DNA of 64,000 bases from Patescibacteria group bacterium (GTDB lineage: Bacteria; Patescibacteriota; Saccharimonadia; UBA4664; SCTI01): NCBI GenBank assembly GCA_004297735.1, contig SCTI01000002.1, positions 350,180 through 414,179 on the forward strand. Direction: 5' to 3'. Positions 61,983 through 64,000 of this stretch are shown in pieces. The notes under the pieces were generated by a model. The model did not search any database. It saw only the letters and a program-made list of their open reading frames with translations, and was not told where the DNA came from. Positions within the stretch are counted from its first letter, which is position 1, and each line of letters begins with the position of its first letter. Both the position numbers and the translations under genes were made by a program.

Positions 61983-63336
61983 TAAATCCCCCGGTCTGTG
62001 TTACCTGTTTGCCGTCTGGCTTGGTTATCACCACGTCCCAGTCTCCGGTGGCCGCACCCGACAGGTTAAGGTCGGCGGTTAGGCTGGCCCCGCTACCAAC
62101 CACATTGGTGGCATTGATATCGGTTGAGCCGGATCGCTTGAGCACCACCGAACTACCGCTGGCTAGATTAGCCCCGGAAATGGTAACGGCGACGGTTGAC
62201 CCAGTTGTGTCGGACACCGGCGAGATGGCGGTGATTCTAGGCCAAGCCGCGTCGGTGGTGACTACCAGCTTAATAGAGGTTGTATCTTGTGGCGGTACCA
62301 CCACCGACTGGTACGGAATGGTGGCGACAATGTAGTAACCGTTAGGTACGGCAAAGCTGTAGCTATCCCATTCAAGGCCGCCAACCGAAGCCAACCCGCT
62401 GGCATCGGTAAGATGCGCTTGAGAGTATTTGTAAACGGTTGGGTTGGCATAAATGGTTTTGTTGCCGGTAACCGTAATGCTGAGGTTTGGCACCGGTGCA
62501 CCGGCAGTATCGACGGCTTGGATCGATAAGGTGGCCAGACGATCGATAGAAAAGCTGACATCGGCAATCTGCTGCACTAAAATATTGGGATTAACTAAGG
62601 TAGCGGTTTGGCTACCAGCGGGATCGGCGTAGGTTTGCTCGGTGCTATAACCGCTTTTGGTTACCACAATATTGTAGCGGTTGCTGCTATCGGGCGGCAG
62701 CTTGGGGATTACGACTAAACCGCCGGAATCGGTGGTGGTGGTAATGTCAACCGCCGGGCTAACCGATGGGTTGGTGATGTGAACGGTAGCGTCGGCCACC
62801 GGCTGACCGTTGGCGTCCTGCACCTTGGTGCGTAAGATACCGGTGCTAGAGGAGGTTTCGGCAGCTTTGGCGGCAACGTTAGTAGTGAGCGTGGCCACCT
62901 TAACGTTGGTTTTAGCAGTATAAACCTTGATTTCGGCTTGCTTGTAATCGTAAGGGTAAAGGTCTTGCGGCTTGCCGTTAATGGTGCCGTCAAGATTGCC
63001 ATCAAAGGGATCATCAACATAGCGGATGCTGGTTTCAACCCGGTAGGAGGCATTATTACGGGTTACCGTTTCGGTATCCAAAATGTTGCCGGCGGGGTAA
63101 ATGGCGCCGTGTTGGGTGGCCAGCGAGTCATAAGGCAGATCGCGCAGGTACTCCATCTTTTCGTTCGCCAGAGCTAAACCGGTGCTCCGGCTTTGGCTGA
63201 GGTTCATGGTGACGATGTTGGTCGCGAACACGCTAACCACGGCCGTTGCCATAATCGCGACAATAGCTACGCCAACCAGTGACTCCAATAAGGTAAAACC
63301 GTCTGAGCGCTGTATGAATGCCCACCTACTTCTCAT
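61966..63336 (-). CDS. large (456 aa) prepilin-type minor pilin / pilus adhesin-like protein
   Basis: SDGFTLLESLVGVAIVAIMA class III signal followed by multiple beta-sandwich-like segments. Confidence 0.7.
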   Translation of the reverse strand: MRSRWAFIQRSDGFTLLESLVGVAIVAIMATAVVSVFATNIVTMNLSQSRSTGLALANEKMEYLRDLPYDSLATQHGAIYPAGNILDTETVTRNNASYRVETSIRYVDDPFDGNLDGTINGKPQDLYPYDYKQAEIKVYTAKTNVKVATLTTNVAAKAAETSSSTGILRTKVQDANGQPVADATVHITNPSVSPAVDITTTTDSGGLVVIPKLPPDSSNRYNIVVTKSGYSTEQTYADPAGSQTATLVNPNILVQQIADVSFSIDRLATLSIQAVDTAGAPVPNLSITVTGNKTIYANPTVYKYSQAHLTDASGLASVGGLEWDSYSFAVPNGYYIVATIPYQSVVVPPQDTTSIKLVVTTDAAWPRITAISPVSDTTGSTVAVTISGANLASGSSVVLKRSGSTDINATNVVGSGASLTADLNLSGAATGDWDVVITKPDGKQVTQTGGFNVATP

Positions 63337-63419
63337 ATCAATATTATAGCGTAACCGTTATGGATAGCCGACACCAAAAACCCGCCAAGGGGGCGGGCTA
63401 GTGGTAAGCTCAAGCTATC

Positions 63420-63857
63420 TTAGTTAGCTGAGTTGACGGTGTAGGTGCCGCCGGGAGCTTCTTTGTCGTTCTTGTTCTCGAGAGTGGTAGTCAGGGTGTA
63501 GGAGGTACAAGCACCGGCTGCACAGCCACTTGGGCTTGGTGTGTAGGTGTAGTCAGCTCCACCCTTTGGATCTGCCGGAACGGTCTTCATGTAGGGAGTG
63601 GTCCCCGAGCTCAGATCGGTCTTCCAGGTGCCAGAAGTTGGATAGCTGTTGCTGTCGTTGTAGTAGGTTTCGAGCGCGGTCTTAATGTTACGCAAGTCAC
63701 TCTTACGCTGTGAATCACGGGCTCGCTGTGGTCCGCTGACCAAGTTAGGTACGATTAGAACCACCAAAATGGCAATAATCACGATGACGATCAAAAGCTC
63801 GAGTAGCGTGAAACCGCCCTGTTTTTTAAGTAATGATGCTCGCATGTGAGTGCTCAC
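63420..63857 (-). CDS. type IV pilin (major pilin candidate)
   Basis: aggagg RBS; KKQGGFTLLELLIVIVIIAILVV prepilin cleavage/methylation motif; 145 aa with a C-terminal Cys pair. Confidence 0.8.
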   Translation of the reverse strand: MSTHMRASLLKKQGGFTLLELLIVIVIIAILVVLIVPNLVSGPQRARDSQRKSDLRNIKTALETYYNDSNSYPTSGTWKTDLSSGTTPYMKTVPADPKGGADYTYTPSPSGCAAGACTSYTLTTTLENKNDKEAPGGTYTVNSAN

Positions 63858-64000
63858 CTCCTATGTAATTGCGATTAGTCTTAGTTTGTTTAACAAAGCA
63901 TAAGCTCTATTAACTAGATTATAAAACCTCGCTTCCAGCGGTGTCAAGTAAATGTCAGATGGCGTTGCCCAGCTCGGAGAGCGGACCGAACACCGATATA

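Overview
The window is about 50% GC and, on gene content, looks like a reduced-genome monoderm bacterium of the CPR/Saccharibacteria (Patescibacteria) type. All calls below come from reading the translated ORFs and the DNA by eye; no database searches were run.

Housekeeping backbone that I am fairly confident of:
- tatA-tatC
- an OmpR-type response regulator with a multi-TM histidine kinase
- a divergent DsbA/DsbB-like pair
- an F-type ATPase operon (b, delta, alpha, gamma, beta, epsilon)
- MarR plus an RND/MMPL permease
- three CAU-anticodon tRNAs clustered with tilS
- ftsH, murJ and lepA
- VIT-family and bcp genes
- hrcA-grpE-dnaK-dnaJ behind two CIRCE operators
- tRNA-Lys
- comEC, yebC and ruvC-ruvA...ruvB
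- a type IV pilus block (pilin, minor pilins, PilX-like, PilM/N/O)

Accessory or unusual content:
1. The atp operon has no a-subunit gene. Its first ORF is a signal-peptide-bearing, Ser/Gly-rich protein whose C-terminal hairpin resembles subunit c but lacks the proton-binding carboxylate.
2. A 661-aa protein with a class II terpene-cyclase-like DLDDT motif overlaps the stop of the histidine kinase.
3. A membrane FMN-binding protein, ApbE, and a membrane FNR-like reductase sit between ruvA and ruvB.
4. Two secreted clan GH-A-like glycoside hydrolases lie side by side, one with tandem CBM-like repeats.
5. A giant 1160-aa fibre-like surface protein carries internal repeats.
6. There are several short compositional islets. 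Three are high-GC with GC3-rich codons (31.55-32.06 kb, 37.6-38.4 kb, 48.4-48.8 kb) and could be host-derived. Two are low-GC (0.54-1.2 kb and 47.5-48.1 kb).
7. The tRNA-Lys-adjacent mosaic island carries an Hjc-like PD-(D/E)xK nuclease, a cupin and an SGNH hydrolase.
8. A tRNA-like fragment with a partial direct repeat lies upstream of the hrcA operon.
9. A 135-aa ORF is inserted in the heat-shock operon.
10. A candidate small RNA or small ORF with its own terminator lies upstream of the two-component system.

No CRISPR array, transposase or integrase was recognised.
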